A stretch of DNA of 64,000 nucleotides, taken from contig CAVYBH010000011.1 in assembly GCA_963766715.1 (NCBI GenBank), positions 160,001 to 224,000 on the forward strand. Direction: 5' to 3'. This DNA comes from an uncultured delta proteobacterium. Its GTDB lineage: Bacteria > Myxococcota > Myxococcia > Myxococcales > Anaeromyxobacteraceae. How positions within the stretch are numbered: position 1 is the stretch's first letter; every line of letters starts with the position of its first letter. Shown here piece by piece: positions 22,068-32,212 of this stretch. The notes under the pieces were generated by a model. It was not told the DNA's origin and searched no databases. It saw only the letters and a list, made by a program, of their open reading frames with translations. The position numbers and the translations under genes were made by a program.

Positions 22068-23522
22068 TGCCGCTCCAGGACTTCCAGCTCGTGGTGGGCA
22101 TCGAGGTGCACGCCCAGCTCCTCACCCGCAGCAAGATCTTCTGCGGCTGCTCGACGGCCTTCGGCGGCGAGCCCAACTCGCACGTCTGCCCGGTCTGCCT
22201 GGGCATGCCGGGCGTCCTGCCCGCGCTCAACCGGCAGGTGGTCGAGTTCGCCATCCGCACCGGCCTCGCGCTCTCCTGCGACGTGCAGGGGAAGAGCGTC
22301 TTCGCGCGGAAGAACTACTTCTACCCGGACCTGCCGAAGGGCTACCAGGTGAGCCAGTACGAGCTGCCCATCTGCGTGGGCGGCGGCGTGGACGTGACGG
22401 TCGACGGGGTGGAGCGGCGCATCCGGCTCACCCGGATCCACATGGAGGAGGACGCCGGCAAGAACCTGCACGGCGTGGCCGGCGACGGGTCGTCGGGCGT
22501 CGACCTGAACCGGGCCGGGGTCCCGCTCCTCGAGATCGTGAGCGAGCCGGACATCCGCTCCATCGACGAGGCCATCGAGTACCTGAAGGCGCTGCGCGCC
22601 ATCCTCATGTACCTGGGCGTGAACGACGGGAACCTCGAGGAGGGCTCGTTCCGCTGCGACGCCAACGTGTCGGTCATGCCCCGGGGCTCGACCGTGCTCG
22701 GCACCCGCTGCGAGCTGAAGAACATGAACTCCTTCCGCTTCCTGCGGCAGGCCATCGAGTACGAGATGCGCCGGCAGGTGGAGATCGTCGAGTCGGGCGG
22801 GAAGGTGCGGCAGGAGACGCGCCTCTTCGACCCGCAGCGCGGCGAGACCCGCTCGATGCGCTCCAAGGAGGAGGCGCACGACTACCGCTACTTCCCCGAG
22901 CCCGACCTGCCGCCGGTGATCGTCCCGGCGGCGTGGGTGGAGGAGGTGCGCGGGACCTTGCCCGAGCTGCCCCGCGCGCGGAGCGCCCGCTACCAGCGCG
23001 ACCTGGGGCTCTCCGCCTACGACGCCGGGCTGCTCACCGCCGACCGGGCGGTGGCCGAGTTCTTCGACGCCGCGCTGGCGGCGCGCGGGGGCGGGCCGGA
23101 GGCGGCCAAGCGGATCGCCAACCTCCTGAACGGCGACGTGGCCCGGCTCGCGAACGAGACGGGGAAGGCGGCGGGCGCCTGGGCGCTCACGCCGGTGGCC
23201 CTCGCCGGGGTGGTGCGGCTCGCCGACTCGGGCGTCATCGGCGGCCCGGGCGTGCGGCAGGTGATCGAGGAGCTGTTCCGGGAGGGCGGCGACCCCGAGG
23301 CGATCGTGGCGGCCCGGGGGCTCGCGCAGGTCTCCGACGAGTCGGCGGTGGAGGCGGCCGCCGACGCGGTGATCGCGCAGTGCGCGGCCGAGGTGGAGCG
23401 CTACCGGGCCGGCAACGAGAAGCTGCTCGGCTTCCTGGTCGGACAGGTGATGAAGGCCATGAAGGGCAAGGGGAACCCGGCGGTGGTGAACGCGGTCCTC
23501 ACGCCGGAAGCTGGGGAGCTAG
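22067..23522 (+). CDS. gatB: Asp/Glu-tRNA amidotransferase subunit B (+1 frameshift near 23503)
   Basis: [32 protein letters not shown]; corrected end VNAVLTRKLGS*. Confidence 0.97.
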
Positions 23523-23544
23523 CCATGCCCGGGGCGATGCGCTG

Positions 23545-23766
23545 ATGGCCTGGGCGGGCTGGGGAGCGGGTCCGGCCGGGGCCGGCGCGGCGGGCGGCCC
23601 GAGCCGCTGGTTCCTCGTCCTGCTGCTCGTGGCGAGCGTCGGCGTGGCCGTCGTGCTCCTGCGCGACCGGCACTGGGTCGAGGGAGGCGTGGCGGCGGCC
23701 GGAGCCGTGTACTTCGGCCTGCGGGCGTCCGGGAGGCTGGGCGGGCGTGGAGGAGATCGATCGTGA
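23545..23766 (+). CDS. Small membrane protein
   Basis: Two hydrophobic segments; stop overlaps the mtnA start. Confidence 0.45.
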   Translation: MAWAGWGAGPAGAGAAGGPSRWFLVLLLVASVGVAVVLLRDRHWVEGGVAAAGAVYFGLRASGRLGGRGGDRS

Positions 23767-24776
23767 CGGAACGTGAAGTGCTGCGCCCGGTTCGCTGGGA
23801 CGAGAAGCGCGTCGAGGTGGCCATCCTGGACCAGCGGGCGCTCCCCGCCGTGGAGGCCTGGCTCGGGCTGCGCAGCGCCGACGAGGTCGCCGACGCCATC
23901 CGGACGCTGGCGGTGCGCGGCGCGCCCGCCATCGGGGTGGCCGCGGCCTACGGGCTGGCGGTGGAGGCCCGGCGCGGGGCTTCCCCGGAGCGGCTGCGCG
24001 CGGCGGCCGAGCTGCTGGCCCGGGCGCGTCCCACCGCGGTGAACCTGGAATGGGCCGTCCGCCGGATGTCGCGGCGCATCGGCGAGCCGTCCGCCGCCAT
24101 CCTGGAGGAGGCCCACGCCATCCGGGACGAGGACGAGGCCGCCTGCCGCCGCATCGGGGCGCTGGGCGCGCCGCTGCTCCCGCCCGAGGCCCGGGTGCTC
24201 ACCCACTGCAACGCGGGAGCGCTCGCCACCGCCGCCTACGGCACCGCGCTCGGCATCGTCCGCGCCGCCTGGGAGGCCGGGCGGCTCGAGCACGTCTTCG
24301 CCGACGAGACCCGCCCCTTCTTCCAGGGCGCCCGGCTCACCGCCTGGGAGCTGCAGCGCGACGGCATCCCGGTCACCGTGCTCACCGACAACATGGCCGG
24401 CTGGCTCATGTCCCGGGGCGAGCTCTCCTGCGTGGTGGTGGGCGCCGACCGGATCGCCGCGAACGGCGACGTCGCCAACAAGATCGGCACCTACTCGCTG
24501 GCGGTGCTGGCCCGGCACCACGCCATCCCGTTCTACGTGGCCGCGCCGTGGAGCACCTTCGACACCTCGCTCGCCACCGGCGCCGGGATCCCCATCGAGG
24601 AGCGCCCGTCCGACGAGGTGGTGCGGATCTTCGGGAAGCTGGTGGCCCCGGAAGGGGTCCCCGCCCGCTACCCGGCCTTCGACGTGACGCCGGCCGACCT
24701 GGTCACGGCCATCGTGACCGAGCGGGGCGTCCTGCGGGCCCCGTACGGTCCAGCCATCGGGGCGCTGGCGGGTTAA
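23763..24776 (+). CDS. mtnA: S-methyl-5-thioribose-1-phosphate isomerase
   Basis: [47 protein letters not shown]. Confidence 0.96.
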   Translation: MTEREVLRPVRWDEKRVEVAILDQRALPAVEAWLGLRSADEVADAIRTLAVRGAPAIGVAAAYGLAVEARRGASPERLRAAAELLARARPTAVNLEWAVRRMSRRIGEPSAAILEEAHAIRDEDEAACRRIGALGAPLLPPEARVLTHCNAGALATAAYGTALGIVRAAWEAGRLEHVFADETRPFFQGARLTAWELQRDGIPVTVLTDNMAGWLMSRGELSCVVVGADRIAANGDVANKIGTYSLAVLARHHAIPFYVAAPWSTFDTSLATGAGIPIEERPSDEVVRIFGKLVAPEGVPARYPAFDVTPADLVTAIVTERGVLRAPYGPAIGALAG

Positions 24777-24787
24777 GACCCCCGGGC

Positions 24788-25676
24788 GTGCCTCCCAGCG
24801 ACGGATCCCGACGCAGCCGCGTCACCCGCCTTCCCGGCTCGGGACGGGAGATCGTCTCGCTCGGCGTCCGGACCACGCCGATCCGGGACCTCTACCACTG
24901 GCTCCTCGTCGAGCCCTGGACCCAGTTCTTCGCGCTCGTCCTCGTCGTCTACCTGGGGGCGAACCTGGTCTTCGCCTTCGGCTACCTCTCCATCGGCGAC
25001 GGCATCGAGGAGGCGCGCCCGGGCAACTTCGCCGACGCCTTCTTCTTCAGCGTCCAGACCATGGCCACCATCGGCTACGGCAAGATGGCGCCGCGGGGGC
25101 TGGCCGCCAACGTCCTCGTGACGCTCGAGGCCCTCGTCGGCCTGCTCGGCCTGGCGCTCGTCACCGGGCTCGTCTTCGCCAAGTTCTCCCGGCCGACGGC
25201 CCGGGTCCTCTTCAGCCGGAACGTCGTGATCACCCGCTTCGACGGCGCCCCGGCCCTGCTCGTCCGCATGGCGAACGAGCGCGGCAACCAGATCGCGGAG
25301 GCGCAGGCCCACCTGGTCCTGCTGCGCACCGAGGTCACCCCGGAGGGAGAGGAGGTCCGTCGCATGATCGACCTGCACGCTCCGGCGGAGCCAGTCGGCC
25401 TTCTTCGCCTTCACCTGGCTGCTCGTGCACCCCATCACGCCGGGGAGCCCGCTCCACGGCGAGACCCCGGAGAGCCTGCGCGAGAAGGACGTCGACCTGG
25501 TCGCCTCCATGACCGGGCTGGACGAGACCCTCGGCCAGACGGTGCACGCGCGCCACGCCTGGACGCCGGCCGACGTGCTCTGGGGCCACCGCTTCGCCGA
25601 CGTGCTCGTGACGCTGCCCGACGGGCGCCGCGCCATCGACTACGGGAGGTTCCACGACGTGGAGCCGGAGGCCTAG
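24788..25676 (+). CDS. Inward-rectifier potassium channel, KirBac-like (+1 frameshift near 25378)
   Basis: FFFSVQTMATIGYG filter, AKFSRP, RMANERGNQI, C-terminal IDYGRFHD. Confidence 0.9.
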
Positions 25677-26590
25677 CGCGCGGCCTCGGCCAGGAACCGC
25701 TCCACCGCCGGGAAGAACACGTCCGGGTTCTCGCAGAACGGCCAGTGCCCGGCGCCGGGAACCGCGAGCATCTGCCCCTCCGAGAGCCCGGCCAGCCACT
25801 CCCGCTCCACCTCGGGCGGGCCCCGGTCGGTCTCGCCCCAGACGAGCAGCACCGGGACGTCGAGGGAGGGCAGCCGAGGCCGCCAGTCCCAGTCGCCGAG
25901 CGACGGGTAGACCCGGTCCAGCCAGTCCGGGATCCAGCGCTCGGGGAACTCGTTGGGCAGGTCGCAGGCGTCGAGCGGGACGAGGTCCACGTTCTCCTTG
26001 CGGGCCACCTGCTGGGGCAGGAGGTAGTGGCGCATCCACTCCCGGGCGTAGCTGCGGGGGTCGGTGCGGTGGACCTTGCCGGCGCGGAGCGCGCCGAGCC
26101 GGGTCGAGCCCGGGGGCCGGATCATCTCGCCCAGGCTGGGCATCTCGGACTCGTGCCAGGGACGGCGGCGCGCCGCGAACGAACCCACCAGCACCAGCGC
26201 GCCCACCGCGCGCGGGTGATCGAGGGCATGGAGCAGCGCGACGGCGGAGGCGTAGGAGTGGCCGATCACCGCCGGGCGCTCCAGCCCCAGGTGGCGCCTC
26301 ACCGCCTCGAGATCGGACACGTCGAACGAGACCCCGAGGCGCGTCTTGTCCTCGACCGGGGAGGAGAGGCCGCGGTTTCGCAGGTCGTAGGAGACGATCC
26401 GGCGCCCCGGCGCGAGCGGCGAGAGCGGCCCCGCCACCCAGCATCCGTTGGGCACGACGATCGCCGGCCCGGCGGTTCCCCGGACCGAGTAGTGGATCCG
26501 GACGCCCGGCTCGACCTCGAGAAATCCCTGCTCCAGCAACGCGAACGCCTCCAGGGGCGCTACCGTACCCAATCTCGGGAGGATAGGCAC
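25673..26590 (-). CDS. Alpha/beta hydrolase
   Basis: YDLRNRGLS, GHSYA nucleophile elbow, WGETD, GAGHWP. Confidence 0.85.
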   Translation of the reverse strand: MPILPRLGTVAPLEAFALLEQGFLEVEPGVRIHYSVRGTAGPAIVVPNGCWVAGPLSPLAPGRRIVSYDLRNRGLSSPVEDKTRLGVSFDVSDLEAVRRHLGLERPAVIGHSYASAVALLHALDHPRAVGALVLVGSFAARRRPWHESEMPSLGEMIRPPGSTRLGALRAGKVHRTDPRSYAREWMRHYLLPQQVARKENVDLVPLDACDLPNEFPERWIPDWLDRVYPSLGDWDWRPRLPSLDVPVLLVWGETDRGPPEVEREWLAGLSEGQMLAVPGAGHWPFCENPDVFFPAVERFLAEAAR

Positions 26591-26619
26591 GGTCGCGTCG
26601 GGGTAACCTCCGGGTATCC

Positions 26620-26649
26620 TTGACAGGATAGGGGGGGCGATCGTATAGA
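26620..26649 (+). promoter_or_regulatory. Sigma70-type promoter for rplU-rpmA
   Basis: TTGACA-18 nt (includes a G7 run)-TATAGA. Confidence 0.65.
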
Positions 26650-26744
26650 ACCGCCCTTCCGGAAGCCCGGCCCCGTCTGCGCGAGTTCGCGCCGGGGGAG
26701 AAGCCCGAGAGCATTCCGAAGTTTATTCGCGAAGGAGCGTCTCG

Positions 26745-27051
26745 ATGTACGCGGTGATCCAGACCGGTGGGAAGCAGTATCGCGTCTCCAAGGGCGACAA
26801 GCTCCGCGTGGAGCTGCTCGAGGGAGAGGTGGGGAAGAAGCTGGCCTTCGAGCCGCTGCTCGTCGGCGGCGAGGGCGAGGCCAAGGTGGGCAAGCCCACG
26901 GTGGCCGGAGCGGCCGTCGAGGGCGAGATCGTCGCCCACGGGCCGGCACGCCAAGGTGATCCACTTCCGCAAGAAGAAGGAAGGCTGGACCAAGAAGCGC
27001 GGCCACCGCCAGCCGTACACCGAGCTCGTCATCACCGCGGTCCGCGGCTAG
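26745..27051 (+). CDS. rplU: 50S ribosomal protein L21 (+1 frameshift near 26943)
   Basis: [14 protein letters not shown], then [17 protein letters not shown] in the next frame. Confidence 0.96.
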
Positions 27052-27076
27052 TCCGCGCCAGGAAAGGAACCAAGTC

Positions 27077-27334
27077 ATGGCACACAAAAAGGGACAAGGC
27101 TCCAGCCGCAACGGCCGCGACTCCGCCGGGCAGCGCCGCGGCGTGAAGATCTACGGCTCCGAGAGCGTGGTCGCCGGCAACATCCTGGTCCGCCAGGTCG
27201 GCACCCTCTTCCACCCCGGGCAGAACGTCGGGATGGGCAAGGACTACACCCTCTTCGCCAAGATCGACGGCGAGGTGAAGTACTCGAAGACCCGCGGCGA
27301 CCGCCGCGTCGTCAACGTGCTGCCGAAGGCCTGA
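27077..27334 (+). CDS. rpmA: 50S ribosomal protein L27
   Basis: [16 protein letters not shown]. Confidence 0.98.
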   Translation: MAHKKGQGSSRNGRDSAGQRRGVKIYGSESVVAGNILVRQVGTLFHPGQNVGMGKDYTLFAKIDGEVKYSKTRGDRRVVNVLPKA

Positions 27335-27407
27335 GACAGGGCCCGCACCGGCCGTCGCGAGCGCCGCGGAGCCCAGGGCCCGCGGCGTTCGTCGTATGGG
27401 AGGCCAC

Positions 27408-28478
27408 GTGAAGTTCGTCGACGAGGTCCGGATCAAGGTGGAGAGCGGGGCCGGCGGCGACGGCGCCGTGGCGTGGCGCCGCGAGAAGTTCATCCCCCGC
27501 GGCGGTCCGGCCGGCGGCGACGGTGGCTGGGGCGGCGACGTGGTCCTGGTCGTCGACCCGCAGATGGCCACGCTGCTCGACTACCGGTACGTCCGCGAGC
27601 ACAAGGCGAAGAGCGGGGAGCACGGCCGCGGCTCCGACCAGAACGGTCTCTCCCAGCCGGCCCTCGAGCTGAAGGTCCCCCCCGGGACGCTGGTGAAGGA
27701 CGCCGGCACCGGCGAGGTCCTCGCCGACATGGGCGACGCCTGCCCGCGCTTCGTGGTCGCGAAGGGCGGCCGCGGCGGCCTGGGCAACATGAACTTCGCC
27801 ACGGCCACCAACCAGGCGCCGCGCTTCGCGAAGAGCGGCAAGCCGGGCGAGGCGCGCGAGCTCCAGCTCGAGCTGAAGCTGCTCGCCGACGTGGGCATCG
27901 TCGGCTACCCCAACGCCGGCAAGTCCACCCTGATCAGCCGCATCTCCCGGGCCCGTCCCAAGATCGCCGACTACCCGTTCACCACGCTGACGCCGAACCT
28001 GGGCGTGGTGGGCTGGCGCGGCAAGAGCTTCGTGGTGGCCGACGTCCCCGGGCTGATCGAGGGCGCCCACGCCGGGGCCGGCCTCGGGCACCAGTTCCTC
28101 CGGCACCTCGAGCGCACCAAGGTCCTCGTGCACCTGGTCGACCCGCTGGCGCCCGGGGAGGGCCGCGGGCCCCGCGCCGACCTCGACGCCATCGACCGCG
28201 AGCTCGCGCTCTACTCGCCCGAGCTGGCCAGGAAGCCCCAGGTCATCGCGGTGACCAAGATGGACGTCCCCGAGGCGCACGAGAAGCTCGAGGCGCTGCG
28301 GAAGAGCTTCGCGCGCCGCAAGAAGAAGCCCCAGATCCTGGGCATCTCGGCGGTGACCGGCGAGGGGATGGACCCGCTGCTCGACGCGGTGGCGCAGGCG
28401 CTCCGCGGCGAGGAGCCGGGCAAGGAGCGGATGTCGAAGAAGAAGGTCGGCAAGCCGCGGAAGACGACGGCGCGGTGA
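27408..28478 (+). CDS. obgE: GTPase ObgE/CgtA
   Basis: Gly-rich Obg fold; GYPNAGKS, YPFTT, DVPG, TKMD. Confidence 0.97.
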   Translation: MKFVDEVRIKVESGAGGDGAVAWRREKFIPRGGPAGGDGGWGGDVVLVVDPQMATLLDYRYVREHKAKSGEHGRGSDQNGLSQPALELKVPPGTLVKDAGTGEVLADMGDACPRFVVAKGGRGGLGNMNFATATNQAPRFAKSGKPGEARELQLELKLLADVGIVGYPNAGKSTLISRISRARPKIADYPFTTLTPNLGVVGWRGKSFVVADVPGLIEGAHAGAGLGHQFLRHLERTKVLVHLVDPLAPGEGRGPRADLDAIDRELALYSPELARKPQVIAVTKMDVPEAHEKLEALRKSFARRKKKPQILGISAVTGEGMDPLLDAVAQALRGEEPGKERMSKKKVGKPRKTTAR

Positions 28479-29131
28479 GCGACTACCTCCTCCCGGAGCG
28501 CAAGGCGCGCATCGACGAGGTGGTCTCGCGCCGGACCCGCACCCTGGTCGTGGTGATGGAGGCGTTCTGCGATCCGCAGAACGTGAACGCCGTCCTGCGC
28601 ACCTGCGACTCCTTCGGCGTGCAGGAGGTCCACGTCGTCGAGGGGCCCATGAAGGGCTTCGACCGGAACAAGAAGATCTCGCAGAACGCCGACAAGTGGC
28701 TCGACGTGACCCGCTGGACGTCCACGCGCGAATGCCTCGCCGCGCTGAAGGAGCGGGGCTTCGCGATCTACGTGACCTGGCTGGGCGAGGGGACGGTGGG
28801 GCTCGCCGACCTCGACTTCGCCGGGCCGGTGGCGCTGGTCTTCGGGAACGAGAGCCGCGGCGTCTCCGACGACGCGCTGGCGCTCGCCGACGCCCGGTAC
28901 GCCATCCCCATGCGCGGCTTCTCCCAGTCGCTCAACGTGTCGGTGGCGGCCGCGGTCAGCCTGGCGCGCGCCGTGGACCGGCGCGAGGCGCAGCGGGGGA
29001 CCCACGGCGACCTGCCCGAGGTCGAGGCGGACGCGCTGCGCGAGCGGTTCTACGTGCTGGCCGTGAAGCAGCGCTCCCGCATCGCCAAGGCCGAGGCGGT
29101 CGCCGATCGCCGGTCGCGCCAGCGGCGCTGA
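28475..29131 (+). CDS. trmH: TrmH/SpoU-family RNA methyltransferase
   Basis: DPQNVNAVLRTCD, VFGNESRG, IPMRGFSQSLNVSVA. Confidence 0.85.
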   Translation: MSDYLLPERKARIDEVVSRRTRTLVVVMEAFCDPQNVNAVLRTCDSFGVQEVHVVEGPMKGFDRNKKISQNADKWLDVTRWTSTRECLAALKERGFAIYVTWLGEGTVGLADLDFAGPVALVFGNESRGVSDDALALADARYAIPMRGFSQSLNVSVAAAVSLARAVDRREAQRGTHGDLPEVEADALRERFYVLAVKQRSRIAKAEAVADRRSRQRR

Positions 29132-29237
29132 TCGCGGCTTTCCCGCTCGAAACCCCCGTCGACGGGGCCGGATCCCGCCTTTCGGGCGGGGTCCGTCCGG
29201 GCCCGGGGATTCCCCTTGTCGGGCCGATGTCGGCCAT

Positions 29238-29256
29238 GATAATAGGAATCGTTATC
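29238..29256. promoter_or_regulatory. Fur-box-like operator
   Basis: GATAATAGGAATCGTTATC matches 15 of 19 positions of GATAATGATAATCATTATC; AT-rich island 62 nt upstream of the porin ATG. Confidence 0.8.
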
Positions 29257-29318
29257 AAGATGACGGAGAGGCCGGAGTGGTCCGCATGGCGCGGGCCCCG
29301 CGCCTCCCGGTGGATTCC

Positions 29319-30648
29319 ATGACCCGACACCTCGCGCTCTCCCTCCTGGCGGCCATCTCCCTTCCCGCGCTCGCGCAGGAGACCCCGGCGGTCCCCTCCG
29401 CCCCCACCTCGACGCCGGCCGCACAGGCTCCCGCGCGGCAGCCGCGCAGACGCCCCCGCCACCCCTGCCGCCGCGGACGACCGCCCGGTCACGCAGGCCG
29501 ACCTGAAGGCCCTGACCGAGGAGGTCCGCCGGCTCAAGCTCGAGCTCTCCGTCCCCGACGTGATCCAGTTCGGCTCCTACTCCGGGGCCGGCGTGGGCGC
29601 GTCCCGGGCCCACTTCCAGCCGAAGGGGCTCTCCATCGGCGGCTACGGCGAGGTCGTCTACACGAACTACGCCGACAACCGCGCCGACTTCGCCGAGGTG
29701 CTGCGGCTCGTCCTGTACGTGGGCTACCGCTTCAACGAGATGATCGTCTTCAACTCCGAGATCGAGTTCGAGCACGGAGCGAAGGAGATCGGCATCGAGA
29801 TGGCCTACTTCGACTTCATGTTCACCGACGCCATCAAGCTCCGGGTGGGCAACGTGCTCGTGCCGGTGGGCTTCCTGAACGAGAACCACGAGCCCATCTT
29901 CTTCTACGGCGTCTACCGGCCGCTGGTGGACCGCTACATCATCCCCACCACCTGGAACAACATCGGCGGCGGGCTCTACGGCGAGTTCGGCCCGCTCCGC
30001 TACAAGGCCTACCTGATCGCCGGCCTCGACGTGTTCGGCGACGAGGCGCTCGAGGCGGCCTCCTGGGTCCGCAACGGGCGCCAGGGCGAGTTCGGCAAGG
30101 CGAAGACCTGGGCCGGCGTGGCCAACGTGAACGTGGACGTCGGGCCGGCCACCTTCGGCGGCAGCTTCTACGGCGGCAACGCGGGGCAGGGCTACACCAC
30201 CGACCTCGGCGTGAAGGTCTCCCCCACCGTCCTCCTCGGCGAGATCCACGGCCTCGTGGCCTGGAAGGGGCTCACGGCCCGGGCCCTCATGTCCTGGGGC
30301 TCGCTCTCCCAGTCAGGCCAGGTCTCCGAGATCCTGGGCAAGGCCCCGGAGGCCTACATCGGCAGCCGCGCCTGGGGCGGCTACGTCGAGGCGGGGTACG
30401 ACGTCCTGACCCTCGTCGGGTCGTCGATGTCGCTCTCCCCCTTCCTGCGCTTCGAGGCCCTGAATCCCCAGGCGGCCGTCGAGGGGGCGGGCGTGCTCGA
30501 CCCCAGCCTGAACCAGCGGGTGATCACCACCGGCATCGACTTCAAGCCCATCCCCCAGGTGGTGGTGAAGGCCGACTGGCAGCAGATCACCAGCCAGGGT
30601 CCGGCCACGCTTCGTCAGTGGGACCTGGGCATCGGGTTCGTGTACTAG
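29319..30648 (+). CDS. Outer-membrane beta-barrel porin with N-terminal coiled segment (+1 frameshift about 29430-29460)
   Basis: Signal peptide; short coiled coil (DLKALTEEVRRLKLEL); SIGGYGE, FNSEIEFEH, HEPIFFYGVYRP; amphipathic strands ending GIGFVY. Confidence 0.8.
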
Positions 30649-30655
30649 GAACGAC

Positions 30656-31210
30656 ATGCGAACCGGTCTCGCGATGGCCGCGGCAGTCGGGATGCTCTGG
30701 GCGTCGGTCGGACGCGCCCAGGCTCCCGCCGCCGCGCCGGGTGGCCCCGACGTGCTGCGCTCCGTCTTCCCCGAGGCGGAGCGCTTCGACTCGGACGACG
30801 TGCTGCTCACGCCGGAGATGGCGAAGCGGCTCGACGACCTGGCCCGCTCCCACATCCCGGAGCGGATGGTCACGTTCTACACGGCGCGGCGCGGCCCCGC
30901 GGTGCTGGGCTACGCGGTCCTCCAGTCCCACGTGGTCCGGACCAAGCGGGAGACGTTGCTCGTGGCCTTCGAGCCGGACGGGCGCCTGAAGCGGATCGTG
31001 GTGGTCGCCTTCCTGGAGCCCCCCGAGTACAAGCCCTCCGAGCGCTGGCTCGCCCAGTTCGCCGGGAAGGGGCCGGCCGATCGGCTGGCGGTCGGCGACG
31101 ACCTGGCCTTCATCTCCGGCTCGACGCTCTCGGCGCGCGGCGTCGCCGAGCAGTCGCGCTGGCTCCTCCAGGCGCTCCGGATGGCCCGGGAGGCGGGGAA
31201 GGTCCGATGA
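30656..31210 (+). CDS. Exported FMN-binding domain protein (ApbE flavinylation substrate)
   Basis: Signal peptide; FLEPPEY, WLAQFAG, ISGSTLSA flavinylation-like motif. Confidence 0.8.
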   Translation: MRTGLAMAAAVGMLWASVGRAQAPAAAPGGPDVLRSVFPEAERFDSDDVLLTPEMAKRLDDLARSHIPERMVTFYTARRGPAVLGYAVLQSHVVRTKRETLLVAFEPDGRLKRIVVVAFLEPPEYKPSERWLAQFAGKGPADRLAVGDDLAFISGSTLSARGVAEQSRWLLQALRMAREAGKVR

Positions 31211-31695
31211 GGTTCCTCGTCCAGCCGGCGCCGGAAGCCCTGGAGCGGGCGCGCCCGCCGGTGAGGGCCTTCCTCGGCTTCACCGCGCTGCTCCTGCTCG
31301 CCTGGGTGGCCTCGCGCGCTGCGCACGGGGCGCTCACGCCGTCGGGACTGGAGCGGATCCTGGAGCCGGCGCCGGGAGAGACCCTCGGGCCGGTGGCGCT
31401 CTGGGAGGAGGTCCACCAGGGCGCCTTCCTCTACGGGTTCCTCCTGCTCGCCGTGGGCTCGCTGCTCGCGGTCTGCCCGGTCTCCCGCGCCGTTCGCGGC
31501 GCCCTGCTCGGCGTGGCGACGGCGGCGGCGCTCGTCGACCTGGGCGCGCCCTTCCTGCCGCTCGCCGTTCCCGGCTTCCCGGGCTGGGCCGCGCTTCGCA
31601 TCGGCGCCTTCCTCGTCGCGGTGGGCGCGCTGCTCGCCATGACCGGGCTCTGCTGGGCCAGGTTCGGCCGGGAAGCGCGGGTGTCCGGTGGTTGA
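31207..31695 (+). CDS. Multi-pass membrane protein with candidate His ligand
   Basis: About four hydrophobic segments; ALWEEVHQGAF; start overlaps the upstream stop. Confidence 0.65.
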   Translation: MRFLVQPAPEALERARPPVRAFLGFTALLLLAWVASRAAHGALTPSGLERILEPAPGETLGPVALWEEVHQGAFLYGFLLLAVGSLLAVCPVSRAVRGALLGVATAAALVDLGAPFLPLAVPGFPGWAALRIGAFLVAVGALLAMTGLCWARFGREARVSGG

Positions 31696-32212
31696 TCCGC
31701 GCATCGGCCGCTTCTCCGGCCCCATCGCGTCCTTCGTGGCCATGGTGGCGGTGGTGATGGGCACGGCCGCCGTGCTCTTCGCCCGGAAGATCGGCTTCGA
31801 CCCCGCGCACGTGCAGGCCTTCTACCTGGGATCCGAGGCCACCTTCGCGCCCCCGCGCTCGCTGGCCGGATTGCTGGAGGTGGCGGTTCCCCACCTCCTC
31901 GCCATCCCGATGCTCGTCTTCGTGACCCTGCACCTGGTGGCCTTCGTGAACCGGGCGCGGCGGCGCCCGTTCGCGATCGTGGCCGGGATCACCTCCGCCT
32001 GCGCGGCGGTCGTCATCGCCGGCGGCTTCGCCATCCGCTTCGCGTGGCCGGCGCTCGCGCCCCTGAAGATCGCCGCCTTCCTCGGCCTGGAGGGGACGAT
32101 GCTCGCCTGGCTCGGGCTGCTCGCCGCGGCGATCCTGCCGGGAACGCGCGACGAGGCGCGCCCCGGCGCCGTCACGGGGTCGGAGGGCGCACCACCTCGA
32201 GCCGTCCGCTGA
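31688..32212 (+). CDS. Multi-pass membrane protein with two His in one helix
   Basis: About four hydrophobic segments; LLEVAVPHLLAIPMLVFVTLHL. Confidence 0.65.
   Translation: MVDPRIGRFSGPIASFVAMVAVVMGTAAVLFARKIGFDPAHVQAFYLGSEATFAPPRSLAGLLEVAVPHLLAIPMLVFVTLHLVAFVNRARRRPFAIVAGITSACAAVVIAGGFAIRFAWPALAPLKIAAFLGLEGTMLAWLGLLAAAILPGTRDEARPGAVTGSEGAPPRAVR

Noticed and set aside
26745..27051. Programmed frameshifting or pseudogenisation of rplU, gatB, lptA and others
   Set aside because: No shared slippery sequence, all events are +1, and essential genes are affected; sequencing error is simpler.
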